This document shows positions 1-12,770 of a stretch of 64,000 nt of DNA, piece after piece. Origin of the DNA: Octopus sinensis (taxonomy: Eukaryota). The stretch is taken from positions 59,520,001 through 59,584,000 of the forward strand of contig NC_042998.1 in assembly GCF_006345805.1 (NCBI RefSeq), written 5' to 3'. The notes below the pieces were generated by a model. It ran no database searches. It saw only the letters and a program-made list of their open reading frames with translations, and was not told where the DNA came from. A program made the position numbers and the translations under genes. Numbering within the stretch: position 1 is the first letter of the stretch; each line of letters starts with the position of its first letter.

Positions 1-255
1 TGAAAGCCTCTCAGTAAGTGGCCAGTTGTTGATCCCTTTTTTAACTCCTCGTCTATTTATGCACATGGCTATTATAAATGACTTCAACTACTTAAAACAA
101 CGGTGCCAAAGTTGTACAACACTGTAGTTGTTGGCCCCCAGGATCATGGATGTATCCTTTCTTGAATACTGTAATCAGTGCTTTATGGATGATTTGGTTG
201 ATGTTTCTTGTACGTCGAGTGACTAGGCCAAAGCCTTTTCACGCTGGCTCTCGGT
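1..255 (-). mobile_element. Degenerate LINE reverse-transcriptase fragment (CR1/L2-like)
   Basis: Minus-strand translation gives KALITVFKKGYIHDPG...VVEVIYN, resembling the pre-RT motif ANVTPIFKKGDxxDPGNYRP. It is interrupted by stops and cut by the window edge. Confidence 0.35.
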
Positions 256-282
256 AAGCGCATATAAGTGGATAATGTTTGT

Positions 283-527
283 GTGGAGACGCGTGGCTTC
301 GGGGCTAGAGTGTTGGACGCATGATCGTGAGATTGTGGTTTCGATTCCCAACCGAGTGATGCCTTGTGTTCTTGAGCAAAACACTTCATTTTATGTCGCT
401 GCAGACCACTCAACAGCCCAAAATGAGTAATCCTGTGGTGGTCCGGCGTCCGGTCCAGGTGGGAAATATATATGCCATGGAAACCGGAAAATGGCCCTTA
501 TGTGTCGATATGACTCGAGAAGGATAA
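283..527 (+). mobile_element. tRNA-derived SINE with V-SINE-like core
   Basis: A-box-like GGCTAGAGTG, B-box-like GGTTTCGATTCC and core GGCGTCCGGTCCAGGTGGG. Similar core to the copy at 10482. Confidence 0.6.
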
Positions 528-1847
528 TGTTTGTAATATATCATTATTTTCGTGTATATAAATATGTAAATTTCGTGAATATAAACATATAAGTTTATTG
601 CTGTTATTTAGTGCTGGTTTACTAGATCAGCCATAAATGTGAAGACTTATTACCATTGTATTCCATTCTTGTCACTCATCCTTTTCTTTCCCATTGCATA
701 TCTAGAACTACATCACTTACCGATGTTCACTTACCGATGTTCACTCTTATGGCTAGCAAATCAACTGGCCATGATGTAGAGGCCTACCCGTTGCCTTTTG
801 TAGAACAGGTGTAAAATAAATTAGCAATAAAAATTTAAATGTCATTAGAATGAAGTAGTTAAAATTAAAATGCCTTCCTGAATGCTTTTCTCTTTTTTAA
901 GAACGTTAAACAACAGCAGCTGGAAGTTTGACAGAAATACAAACATTATCATCATATTTTAATTCTTTTAGAATCCGTGGATTCTTTTAAACGTCTGCAA
1001 GCTGCCTACACGAAATCCTTTCAGAAGATATTCCCTTTCATTCTCGGAAGTTGTAGCTGGCTTCCATCCTTTGAAGCCTAAATATTTCTTTGGCAAATTC
1101 CCCTCTGGTTCTTACGATGTGATGTTTTTAAAATAATTTACATTTCTATGCCTTATTTTACATTTTTCTGCTTATTTCTCCCTCTACAAATCTGTATCAT
1201 AATGTTGAAGCATGAAAAGCTTATAGTTCTGACGTTATTTTTGGTAGATTTCTCGAAACTAAAATTCACACAATTTCATCATTCTTGCGTAAGTGAAAGT
1301 TTTGCTTCCACCATTTTAAAGGAAACTTTCATTGTAATCCAAAAATATACTTACTATAGAAAAAATAACTCAAAGAAAATGTACCAAATCTATCTGCAGA
1401 ATTCCAATACGGTTATAAATCCTTTCATACTTTAGACGACCTACCGCTGTTCCAACATTTTCTTTCATTTAACCATTAGCATACATATGCTTTTGGCAAA
1501 ACCTCATTGCAAATTTTGACATTACATACATCTTTATCATATTGATATTGCATAATTTTCATTATATAATTTTTGCATTATATACATCTCTCTTATAAAA
1601 AGTATATTTTTTCAAACTTCAGTATTAGGTTCTATTTTCTTTTTAATTTATCCTCTAGTAAAGAATTAACTATTTGTGCATTTTCTGTAGCATTTTCTTT
1701 CCTGAAATTCTATTCTGTAAAATATTTACTATCGCAGCAGGTACTGGCACTTCTGTCAAGGTGTATGTCTCGCACTCCCATGTTTCCAGGCTAGTCCTCT
1801 AGCACGGAAGGTTAGACAAGACCCTTATACTCATGGCAAATACATAC

Positions 1848-1860
<13 letters not shown>

Positions 1861-1942
<82 letters not shown>
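1861..1942. repeat. (TG)n microsatellite
   Basis: About 41 uninterrupted TG units. Confidence 0.98.
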
Positions 1943-1945
<3 letters not shown>

Positions 1946-2294
1946 AAGACAGTGTCTTTGTTGGCTATGCCTATGCTTACTTTCTAAAAACTGGTGTTGT
2001 TTATAATTATATCCAGTAACTTTAAGTGCCTAAATGTTACAGGTAATGGAGTTGATATGAATACCTGAAGTTTGAAGAATGTACACCAAGATGGCTGTAG
2101 TCTATTGCTTGAAACCAATAAATTAATAGCAGATTAGTTACTGCATCACTATTATTATCAAAAATTTTCTAAGTGGACATAACTATTACCATGTAATATA
2201 ATTTTATTCGAAACATTGGCTTTTCAGTCTCCTTGCCTCCTTGCCAAGGTATGTAATCGATACAGCTATTATGATATAAGCATTGGTGGCTATT

Positions 2295-2333
2295 TGCTCA
2301 ACTCTGCTCAACTCTGCTCAACTCTGCTCAACT
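2295..2333. repeat. 10-bp tandem repeat (TGCTCAACTC) x~4
   Basis: Directly visible. Confidence 0.9.
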
Positions 2334-2479
2334 AAATCCATCAGGGTGTTGCCATAGCATGATCATTGTACAATCACTGAACCAAGTAAAATATATACAA
2401 GAGATGTAGTGATAAAGAAAAATACCAAGTGTTTTGATAGCCCTATCTCATATCATATTTGATTTTTCCCTTTCATAAC

Positions 2480-4900
2480 TTTGGGATAATGACCTGTGTC
2501 AGTACCTCAGGATACACGCTGGTTTTTTAATTTTACCAACGTCAATCGGAAGATTATAAGTGCTTCCACTGGTCTTCACTATCCTAAATAAATTCAGCCA
2601 TTACGAAACGCAGTACTTCTCAAGGTACCATCTAGCAAATGTCAATGCATGTCCTTGAGATACATTGTCTGATATGATTAAATTAGTTTAATTCGAAACT
2701 GAACGTCCGTTGGCGTTACTGGAATTCTGAATATCTATTTCTTTACTACCCACAAGGGGCTAAACACAGAGGAGACAAACAAGGACAGACAGAGGGATTA
2801 AGTCGATTATATCGACCTCAGTGCGTAAGTGGCACTTAATTTATCGACCCCGAAAGAATGAAACGCAAAGTCGACCTCGGCGGAATTTGAACTCGGAACG
2901 TAACAACAGACGAAATACGGCTACGCATTTCGCCTGGCGTGCTAACGTTTCTGCCAGCTCGCCGCTGGAATTCTGAATATAACTGTATACTATCTCTCAG
3001 TGCAGTTACAGAAGTTAGTTTTCCTTTCTATGACGTGGCATAAGTTTATAAACTGCTGACGTATACTACTTCAGAGTTGGTCTACATCATGCTGTAATAC
3101 GATTAAAGATCTAATTTTAGCTAAATGTCAGTGTGAAATACAACACATCTGAAAATTCTTCTGGACAATGAACTAATTCTACAGAATAGTAAATCAGAAT
3201 ATGCATTGACCTGCAGCGGTCACTATTTCCCTAAAGTTCCTGCGACAGCAGCCAGTTCATAAAGTTGCTCAAGCACTTGTTCGCATAGCGAATTGTGTGT
3301 TTCAGTTAATACATTTGCAGACTAAGGAATACTGATGCAAATTCGTCTTCTATTTACAATCATGGAAGATAAATCAATGGCGCCATACTGTTTAAGGAAA
3401 TTTTTCTCTCGAAATTTTAACAAATCTTCCGTAAAAAAAATTAGACGATTGTTATGTTTAGATATTTTTTCGATTTTAACTTTCATCGAAAACAATGGCA
3501 ATTTAATAAAGGCACGAATTCATCGGATTTCGTTAATTTTGAACCACTGTCAAAGCTTGGCAACAGCATTGCTATCCATCTAGTTTGAAATCTATCGTCA
3601 TACAGCTCCGGCACGTTCTTATTCAGAGCTTCCAGACCTCTCTTGTGTGCCATCGAGTGTGGATTACAGATGATTATTTGGCATCTCTCAATGACATGGG
3701 TGAGTTCCGAATTATTAGCAATGCTGCTAGGAGGGGTGTCATTTGAGAAAATGTAAAAGAGGAAAACAGAATGTGCTGTCTGTGCTACAGAAGAGTGTAT
3801 GACAATAATACCTAACACAACAACTACAATAGATTTTAGCAAATGTTGGATTTTAGCAAATGAGAGATTTACCAGCGACCTATTTCCAGTATCCTCTGCA
3901 CTTCAAGCAAAAAGAAAAAAAATCAAATTCTCACTAGGGAACTCTGTAATGAATAACATAAAAACCGCCCCATTCTTGTTTGCAGTGAGTATAGGCTAAT
4001 TTTCATTGACGCACAATTAATAATTGTTATTATTATATGATGTCTCTCACAAAACGTCTGTTGCAAAACATCGAATTCAGCGCAGCTAGTTTGAGTTAAA
4101 CAGAATTTTTGATAATATTCTCATCCATTTAATTTTCTAAGCTTGTAGAGGAGTGCTGCATTATTAAATTCATTTTATATTTTATCTCCATGATAAAGTA
4201 CATATTTTGATTTTGATGCTCGAAATTGTCGACAATATAATCACAATACTTGAGATAAATCTGAAGGTTTAGATGGTTGATGGTATTTCAACAGCATAAC
4301 GAAAAAAATCCCACAGAAATCGGACAATCTGGGATACAGAATTTTCTGACTATGTCCCGCCCGCTAAATATATATCAGAACTCTATTTATAAATATGTCT
4401 CAATGCGATGCAAATTGCTTTATAAACCTCCATTTTATATTGGTCCATTCATTGTAGAACTGAACATGGCGGTATGCAATATTTTGGAAGAGAGAATACA
4501 GCCTGAAGAATGCTCTAAGTGTTGAATTTATTGAACTTTCGCCTTGCCGCGCAGTAGTTGCTTGGTCGAACATCAGTCCAACCAATTATTACCCAAATCG
4601 AAAGTAGTGAATTCTGCTATATCATTATGAATGGAAATGTAGGAAAAGGCGCTGTAGGTAAGGAATTGGATACTTTTCATCGCTGATTTTATTCTGCGTC
4701 AAGTGATACATTGCAACCTCAGATCACTTGACGTGATTTTATTGAAATTAGAACTTAAAACTGATATATCCACGCCAATTGTTTGGATTGGCTTTTTCTG
4801 GATTTGGACATGGGTAACTGTGTGTATTCAGATGGTAGAGAAGTACTCCACCATTGACTTTACATGAGCATTACAGAGTATTCGTAATTGTTGGGGATTA
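2480..4900 (-). pseudogene. Decayed Helitron RepHel (PIF1-type helicase region)
   Basis: Collinear minus-strand peptides match Helitron helicase motifs in order: NAHVKSMVEY (~NAHINVEY), AEDTGNRSLVNLSFAKI (~APGGTGKTFLISLILAKI), QTAHSVF (~RTAHSxF), IICNPHSMAHKRGLEALNK (~IIWDECTMAHKRALEALDR), FCNCTER (~LCNGTRL), FRIPVTPTDVQF (~PRIPMIPTDMPF), NVSQGHAL (~NKSQGQSL), KTSVYPEVL (~KNIVYPKAL). Many stops and frameshifts. Confidence 0.8.
2735..2964 (-). mobile_element. tRNA-derived SINE (family B) with 16-bp target-site duplication
   Basis: Full-length copy flanked by CTGGAATTCTGAATAT at 2719-2734 and 2965-2980, inserted in the Helitron helicase. Confidence 0.9.
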
Positions 4901-6084
4901 AAGTATCTTTCAATCCTGAAAATACGAGCTAGTCATGGGACGTCTGTCTGACTATGTTAATGATGAGCTTTTACCCGGAGAGACTGTGAGACGCAAAAAC
5001 TAAATATATTACGGAAGCTCTAGCAGCGCACCGCTTATGCCGCTATATATTCACCTTCTAAAAGCAAGCAGGAAAATAGCTTTGGAGAGATGCAGTTCTA
5101 GCTGCTGCCGGAACAGGGTATAAAACATATTGTGAGATAACTATAGATGTTCATAACTGAGGTTCAGTGGACAAACATAGCGTTTGTCAACATGGGGTGG
5201 ACCTTTAAGTAAGCAATAGATTTGTATTTTCATGGTCTTTTGTAATAATATCATAACCTTTCATAGCGTAGCTGAGATATTTCTTGTAGTCATCGTATAT
5301 TTAGCTAGTGCGCAACGAAATGTTTTGGATGTAAATTCTGAATACAGAAAACTTATAACTTTGCCGAAAAGACGTAATTTTCTATAGTCAAATATATGTA
5401 TATATACAGTACAGTAGCTATTTCAAAGAAAGGTGGAGTGTGTCTAACTGAAAATTATCAACGAATGCAAGAAATTTAACTGTGAGATAGCATAAGCTGC
5501 ACCATTAATTGCGTGCGCCTTTAAATATCCATATTAACATTTATTGGAGAGAAAACATGATTTACAAACTAGAATGTCCTTAGGGAATATTTAATAAGTC
5601 TATAGTGATATATAGAAATTTAATATCCTGCGTGAAAACTTTTGCTTTATCATTTAAATATCAAAGCACACTTTTCTTATATGAATTTCAAATCATATGG
5701 AAAAATAGCGCACGCATTTTGTGTTAGGCTATAACCAACTTTTTCACTGAAAGGTGTCCATACTTACGTTGTTTCTTGTTATTTTTGTTTTCGATAATAT
5801 ATTCTAAGGGATATCAAACTTTGTTCGATTTCTTTGCCAGAATTATAATCAATATATTTCAATAGTCTTGTATTTAGTGACATTATATCTTAAATATGTG
5901 TCTTTATATAATTCCAGCTTCAAAAAAACAGAATAATTTAACACCGTCATGAAACTGAGAAAAAAAAAAAGAACAGTTACTCTAAATAGGAAAGAAACAT
6001 ATAACATATATATATAGTCCCGAGTATAGTCATATATGTATACGTGTGTATGAAGGAGTGAGAGATATAGAGAAAGTATTTGTT

Positions 6085-6109
6085 ATATGTGTATATACAT
6101 ATTTATATA

Positions 6110-6151
<42 letters not shown>

Positions 6152-6268
6152 TACATAAGTATATATATATATATATATATATACATATATATGTATGTAT
6201 ATATATATATTATATATATGTATGTATATATGTATGTATATATATATGTATATATATATGTGTATATG

Positions 6269-6302
<34 letters not shown>

Positions 6303-6330
6303 GAGAGAGAGAGCGAGAGAGAGAGAGTTA
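6085..6330. repeat. Interrupted (TA)n/(TATG)n/(GA)n microsatellite
   Basis: Directly visible. Source of the Y/I-rich ORFs in the track. Confidence 0.95.
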
Positions 6331-9300
6331 GCAGGAGAAAGAGATGTAAAAGATAAGGGCGTATGTAAGACATACACACCTAAATTACCTTTCATCTTCT
6401 CGGGATTGCTATAGTAAAGTATCAGTGAAGTACTACCGTCGAGATAATGCAATAACACCTCTTCTCAAAATCTTTTGAGATCTTTTTTTATTTGTAAATT
6501 AGAAATTATTACAAAGAGCGATAGTTGCACCGCCACCTTATCAAATCACACCAAATTCAGCTTGCCTTTTATGTTTCGGGATAAATAAATACCAATGAAT
6601 TCCAGAAGTTGGTAAATTTGATTAACACCCTCCATCAAAATTGCCGGTTTTGAGTCTAAATTAGAAATACAATGATTGTTATTTTTCGTCAGTTTCTATT
6701 CGAGCTTCTGCGTCACCATCACGTTTATATTCCACCATCACATCTAGTGTAGTCTTTTGGGAATCTCCGTTGGTGTTTATATCTTACAACTGTGGGATTT
6801 ATTTGGTTACTTCTGGTATAATTATTTGTTTCAGCTGTTTGTTACATTTTTTATGAATTGTGTAGTTCTAATGGGTTTTAAATTGTATTGTGTTTGATAT
6901 GTTAAAGCACCTATTGCCAGTCGTGTAGAACCAGTTGAGATATTGCTTAATTCGAAGGAGATCGTTTATAAACTATGTGTTAGTTGTGTTTTGGGAGTTT
7001 CTCAGACGTAGATCAGCCCTGATTGATGAAATCTGTAATAAAATTGAACCGGCTATGACCATCTTCATGATTTTATAATTCAACTATTAAATTGTTCTTC
7101 TTTTTTTAAGGATTTGCTTTGAAGAAATTTTCCCAGGTCTAACAAGGATGTAACGGCCGCAATGACTGTATTTCAATGCTATGAAGATCAGGTTAAAGTA
7201 TTATCCGCGCACGCCGTATAGTGAGTTTGCTGTGTAAGTTTTGCTATTGAATTGAAAATAGCTTTAGCAAAATGTGTGTCATACTGACGGAATTAAATTT
7301 TAGGCGGTACTTGTATATGAAGTTGTATGTGAGCTGGCATGGTGTTTATGTATCTTCATGTTTTTTTATTATCCAAAGTTGGCAGAATATTATCAGTACT
7401 GTTTCAACTCTCATGTCCAACGTCTACGTGAAAACCCTTATGACCTGAAAAATAACGAGATGAGAATCAAGCCCCAAAGATGTCAATTTCCTCTTTCATC
7501 ACGATATTTAGCCATTGCCTTCAAAAATCCTTGTCTTTAGCTTGTTCATTCAGAGATCCTTGTCAGCCATCACAGGCATATATTATGCCAGTTCTGTTAT
7601 CTCTTATATTAAGTTTGAAACATGCTAGTAGCACTTCGTCTCAGTGTTAATCTCGACGGGTCAACGAATGGTCAATGAGCATAGCTGCCAATATTGCAGT
7701 ATCAGGGACTGACAAATGAGATGACCTGGCGTTTTATGCTATGGGTTGATTGAATAGTCAGGAGTTGGTATTAACTTTTCATTTCATTCTCATTATCTTG
7801 TTTTATATATTTCTCTTTTTGTGTGGTTAAAGTAAAACCTTTGTTTGTGTTTCATTAATGGTTTTTGAATTAATGTTGAGTATCATGATAACCTACTTTC
7901 TTCTAGTAGACTATTTCAGGACATTTCCAGTTGAGTGATTTGGTTGTCCACTTTTCTTTTCTGAAGTATATTTGAAGCTCAATTTTGAAAATCCGTTTTG
8001 CTTCTTACTATTTATCTAAAATGCTTTTGTATTTGCAGAGAAAACAATTCTTATGCAGAGAAAACAATTCTTTATATTTAATTTGCTTTGCGCTCCCATA
8101 GTACAACAAATATTACTTTCTGCTTCTATCTAAATATTTATCAAGACTCTCTATCGTTACTAAGTAATATTAGTATGTATCTGTGTCAGAGTCTGTTGCC
8201 CTTGTGTGCTCTGTAAGTATTAGCTATTTGTATCGGATTAAGACTTTGCAACGCAGTAAGGTGTTCGTTAATTTTTACTATATAATCTCTGCATTTCTGC
8301 ACTGTATCTAACTTCCGATTTATTATGCCGAAAGTAATATTTAATAAAAAAAATATCTAATGACAATAGTAACAGATTTATATAATGGATGACTTAACTC
8401 GTTTATGTATTGTATAGGTTTCAGTTTGTAAAAATAATCTGCCTGCTTAGTAACATTCTTTACTAACTTCTTTCCTACATATCTCTCTATTATAATTCAA
8501 CGGTTTTAACAACTTGAAATTGCACGTTCTGGTTCTACTCTATTCCTCTGATTTTAGTACCTGGTGTTAATTATAGTCTTCAATTACAATTTTAAGTTTT
8601 CGTAGCCATATTTTGTCAATATATGTTCGAATTTCTTTCGATGTTTGTGTACCAACCAGTGCTCTTTTACTGCCTATCTATGTAAAATATGCTGGTATTT
8701 GTTTCCAGTAGCTTATTTTCATGAAAGAGGCTATTACATCACGTTGGTGATATTATTAGCTTAAGTCATAATTTCTGTTACAGAAATGTCTTCTTTACAA
8801 ATATCATTATATATTGTAAGTGATTACTGTTTTTTTTTTCTTTTTCGCAAAACTTATCTTTGTATCTATTTCCCTAAGCGAAGATAGATCTTTCAACTTT
8901 ATTTTTCAATTTTATATACTATATTTTCTTCCCCGCATTTCCGCAAAATTGGCAGAGTATAGTCATATGCTATTAGATCCAAACCTCCTTTACCTTAGCA
9001 CTACAAACATTATAGAGTGTGAAATATTCTGTTCATCTATCTGATTGGTAAAGAAAAAGCTACAACACAGCGGAAAATATGTCCCTAACGTGTATCTTCT
9101 CTACCTCTTTTATTACTGTGACAGTATCTTTGATTTCGATGCTTCAATGAACCTAATCCCCCGCCAACAAATTCAATTCAATGCATCTAATTCCTCTCCT
9201 CTTGCAAGTAATTTTGCCTAATATATTTTACGGCATAGCTGCACTCTTCAGAAATTCTCTCCTTAACTGTGCTTATTCTACCAGCCTTACAGATGTTCTA

Positions 9301-10079
9301 ATTGGATACACATCGGGTCAATCTTATCAGTAGCAGTATTTACAAATGATATGGGCAGGAAAAGTTCTTTCTTATACACCTATTGAGAACCTTGTATGAC
9401 ATAGGCTTAATAGAAAAATTTAAAAATTGCTAAGATACTTGAAAAGACTTAGATATAATCAAAGGGACCGGGCTAGCTATGCAACTACTTGAAATATTTT
9501 TTTGACAACAGCTGTAAAATCCAACTTAACACTGGAAAGTCTCCACATCCTTGTGAAAAGTTTATAGCTATTCTTAAAAAAAACACTAACGACATTGGAA
9601 TTGTAAACATATTTTTTTAATTATTCTTTTTAAATAATCGTTCAGATAACAATTTTGTTTTTGAGAGAATTTCGTCTTAACTATCTTCTAGCAATACCAT
9701 TGTAACAATATTCAATCTAGACACTTTCTCCGATGTTTATAAGATTTCAAATTTATCTGTGCAGCATTCTATGGATTTACATTGCAGTGTTATCATTTTT
9801 CATATATTTAGTATTTCTTGGTAATATTTTGACAACATTATTGTAGTAATAATATTATAAATACAAACTAGACGGTAAATTACAATTCAGCTAACAAATT
9901 AGAAATTAATAGCTAATTACAGGACACAGACAGAAGATGGCAAAATAAATTAAACAGAATGAAAAAGAAAATTAAGATTCCGAAATACATTAACGAAATG
10001 GTGGAGAGAAAATAGTATCGTGGTTTGTTCAATAATCTACAAGAATTAACATAAAGGATGAAGACTGTGCAACCTTCGG

Positions 10080-10480
10080 CCTGAGAATGTAAGTGCGGTA
10101 TAACCTAATATTAAAGAGGGTAACAAAGAAAATCCTGCGATACATCAGTCGTGGCTGGCTGACAAGAATGTCAAACCAAACCATCCAGATATGATCGCGA
10201 GGGACGTTCTGTACTTGGGTAGTTATATAGATCGCTTCTAACCAAAAACATTACACTGAATAGTTTGAGAAACTATAAATAAAATGACAATAAAATACAA
10301 ATTAACAGGACAGGGTATATGAAATTACAAACAGAAGTAAATATAATTGGAGCATTTTCTAATGTTACAGACATAGAAGCATGAAAAAAATAAATACCCT
10401 ACTGTGGTTTACAATTGCACTCGTATTGTTCTGCTTAATGCAGTCCAGATCCTAAACAATGCACTTTCAGCTCAATAGAC
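10080..10480 (+). mobile_element. Old R4/Dong-type LINE, RLE endonuclease C-terminal fragment
   Basis: VKPNHPDMIARDV (~IKANRPDIVVRD), IIGAF (~IVGALG) and IALV..LLNAVQILNNALSAQ* (~IALLGTAHILRRTLSIQ*), compared with the clean copy at 47023. Confidence 0.55.
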
Positions 10481-10481
10481 T

Positions 10482-10760
10482 ATTGAGCGGTCGGAGGATC
10501 GCAGTTTCGATTCCCAGACCGAGTGTTGTGTGTGTTTATTGAGCGAAAACACCTAAAGCTCCACAAGGCTATGACAGGGGGTGGTGGCGACCCTTGTTGT
10601 ACTCTTTCGCCCCAACTTTCTCTCACTCTTTCTTCCTGTTTCTTGAGTAACGCTGCGCTGGACTGGCGTCCCATCCAGCTGGGGAGAACACATACGTCAT
10701 GAAAACCAGGAAACCGGGCCTATGAGTTTGGCTTGGTTTTAAAAGGGCGCATAAATAAAA
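10482..10760 (+). mobile_element. tRNA-derived SINE with V-SINE-like core
   Basis: B-box-like GTTTCGATTCC, core GGACTGGCGTCCCATCCAGCTGGGG, A-rich tail. Confidence 0.6.
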
Positions 10761-10817
10761 AATAGAACTAATATACAATGCTCTAAAATAACTCTCCAAC
10801 AAAGCCAAATAAAAAAG

Positions 10818-10982
10818 GCGCAGGAGTGGCTGTGTGGTAAGTAGCTTGTTTACCATCCACATGGTTCCCAGTTTAGTTCCACTGCGTGGCACCTTCGGCA
10901 AGTGTCTTCAACTATAGCCTAAGGTCGATCAAAGCCTTGTGAGTGGATTTGGTAGACGGAAACTGAAAAGAATCCCGTCGTA

Positions 10983-11024
<42 letters not shown>

Positions 11025-11237
11025 TGTGTGTGCTTGTGTGTCTGTGTTTGTCCTCCTAGCATTGCTTGACAACCGATGCTGGCGTGTTTATGTCCCCGTT
11101 ACTTAGCGGTTCGGCAAAAGAGACCGATAGAATAAGTACTGGGCTTACAAAAGAATAAGTCCCGGGATCGAGTTGCTCGATTAAAGACGGTGCTCCAGCA
11201 TGGCCGCTGTCAAATGACTGAAACAAGTAAAAGGGTA
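10818..11237 (+). mobile_element. tRNA-derived SINE (family A), full length, with internal (TA)n/(TG)n tract
   Basis: Head GGCGCAGGAGTGGCTGTGTGGTAAG...GTTTAGTTCCACTGCGTGGC, tail CAAATGACTGAAACAAGTAAAAG. Homologous copies at 21821, 35690, 45085 and 48650. Confidence 0.9.
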
Positions 11238-12539
11238 AAGAAACGACAATATAGGACATTTCTCAGGAATGATACTTCTGATGTCGAAGATCGCATGAAA
11301 CAATTAGAGTTATAATAACATAGACTGCCCAACATAGAACAACAATTGAAGGACTTTCAAAACGCAAAAGTAAATCCAATGAGAGATATTCAATTCAGCA
11401 CAAAATTTACACACTATGGAGATAGAGATAACTAATAGATTCCCTAATAGGTACAAGTTATTAATCTTTTAAAAGAAGTCTAATGTACAACCATAAACAA
11501 TAAAACAAAATGTACATAGGCTATTTACAACAAATAGAATATGTCCAGTTGATAATAATAATATTCATCAGATCATAACAATAATTCTTCGTAGTTAAAG
11601 CGCATCAGAAGTGATATTCTCTCTAAACATTAATTGCCATCAAAAGGGACTCGTACTAGTGTTTCCCACAAAGACCTAAACCTACAAGTATATACTCATG
11701 AAAATAAATCTGTTATACATTCATGCTATATCCAGCACATACATGGGTGCGCGATTACACACACGCACACATACATACACATGCACACACACCACGCTAG
11801 AGGCGATATAAGAGTTATGGAAAAGAAAAGACCGGGATGTAAACTAATTGGATTAGCGATCATAAGCAGTTCACATTGATAATACACGATTAAAAACCTC
11901 TGGGCGAGAAATGAAACAACGCAGATACTGAATATATTATTTCAACAACTAAAGGCTAACTGCATTGAATCAGAATTCATCACACACAAAACATATCCGT
12001 CTGTACAACAGGATGAAAATAATAACATAGGATCCGACACCAAATGTAAATGAAGTGCGAATACAATCTAAGTTGTATAGATCTCACTACACAATGAAGA
12101 ACAAGGTTTTAAGTAAATATAAAAGACCAGAAAAAATGAACTAAATTTCAAAGGGAGAATGTCATATACTTGTATATTCAAATCGCCAGGCCTGCTACAA
12201 TATTTACCATAAGGCCGACATGTGATGATAAATACAGTAAAAGTGCATATTATAGCATATTCATCCAACAACTATACAGGAGATACGATTGAGTGTAACA
12301 AATTGAATCAGCGAAGATCAAAGACAAACAACATTTGTCTTCGCAAGGCACAAATAACAGCAGATTCATGAAAAGAAATATTTAAATATAGCTAAACTTT
12401 ACATGATATTCTTTTCGTGGAAGCAAATAAAATTACCGGTTATGTATAATCTATTTTATTCATTTGCCATGGTAGTCTACAGAGAAAGTAAGCTTATCAC
12501 AATATAAGAGGGTTCTCCACAGCAACGAACAGTGGAAAA

Positions 12540-12770
12540 CATTAATAATAATATTAATAATAATAATAATAACAATAATAATGATGATGATGACGATGAT
12601 GATGATGATAAGATGGTGATAGAAGAGAAGAAGAAGAAGAAGAAGAAGAAGAAAGAAGAAGAAGAAGAAGAAGAAGAAGAAGAAGAAGAAGAAGAAGAAG
12701 AAGAAGAAGAAGAAGAAGAAGAAGAAGAAGAAGAAGAAGAAGAAGAAGAAGAAGAAGAAGAAGAAATAAC
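12540..12770. repeat. Compound (AAT)n-(GAT)n-(GAA)n microsatellite
   Basis: Directly visible. Source of the poly-N/D/K/E/S/L ORFs. Confidence 0.97.

Noticed and set aside
6046-6458. Y/I/M/C-rich ORFs here and at 17.7, 22.8-24.5, 30.7-31.1, 32.1, 35.6, 37.0, 44.4 and 48.0-49.8 kb
   Set aside because: They are translations of stop-free TA/CA/CATA/GATA microsatellites.
7137-7191. Possible 55-nt exon (CCCAG|...CAG|GTTAAA)
   Set aside because: The donor is weak, the peptide is unrecognised, there are no partner exons and it lies in LINE-like degraded sequence.
8035-8075. Short perfect tandem duplications (21 bp here; 14 bp at ~715; 21 bp at ~38071; ~41 bp at ~36678)
   Set aside because: Ordinary slippage duplications with no shared sequence or pattern.
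7100-9800. T-rich stretch (also 16600-17600 and 61200-61760) that may be very old LINE sequence
   Set aside because: Only compositional bias and two- or three-residue motif echoes support it, too weak to list as features.
10818-10900. tRNA-like A/B boxes in SINE heads
   Set aside because: There is no complete cloverleaf and each continues into a SINE body, so these are not tRNA genes.
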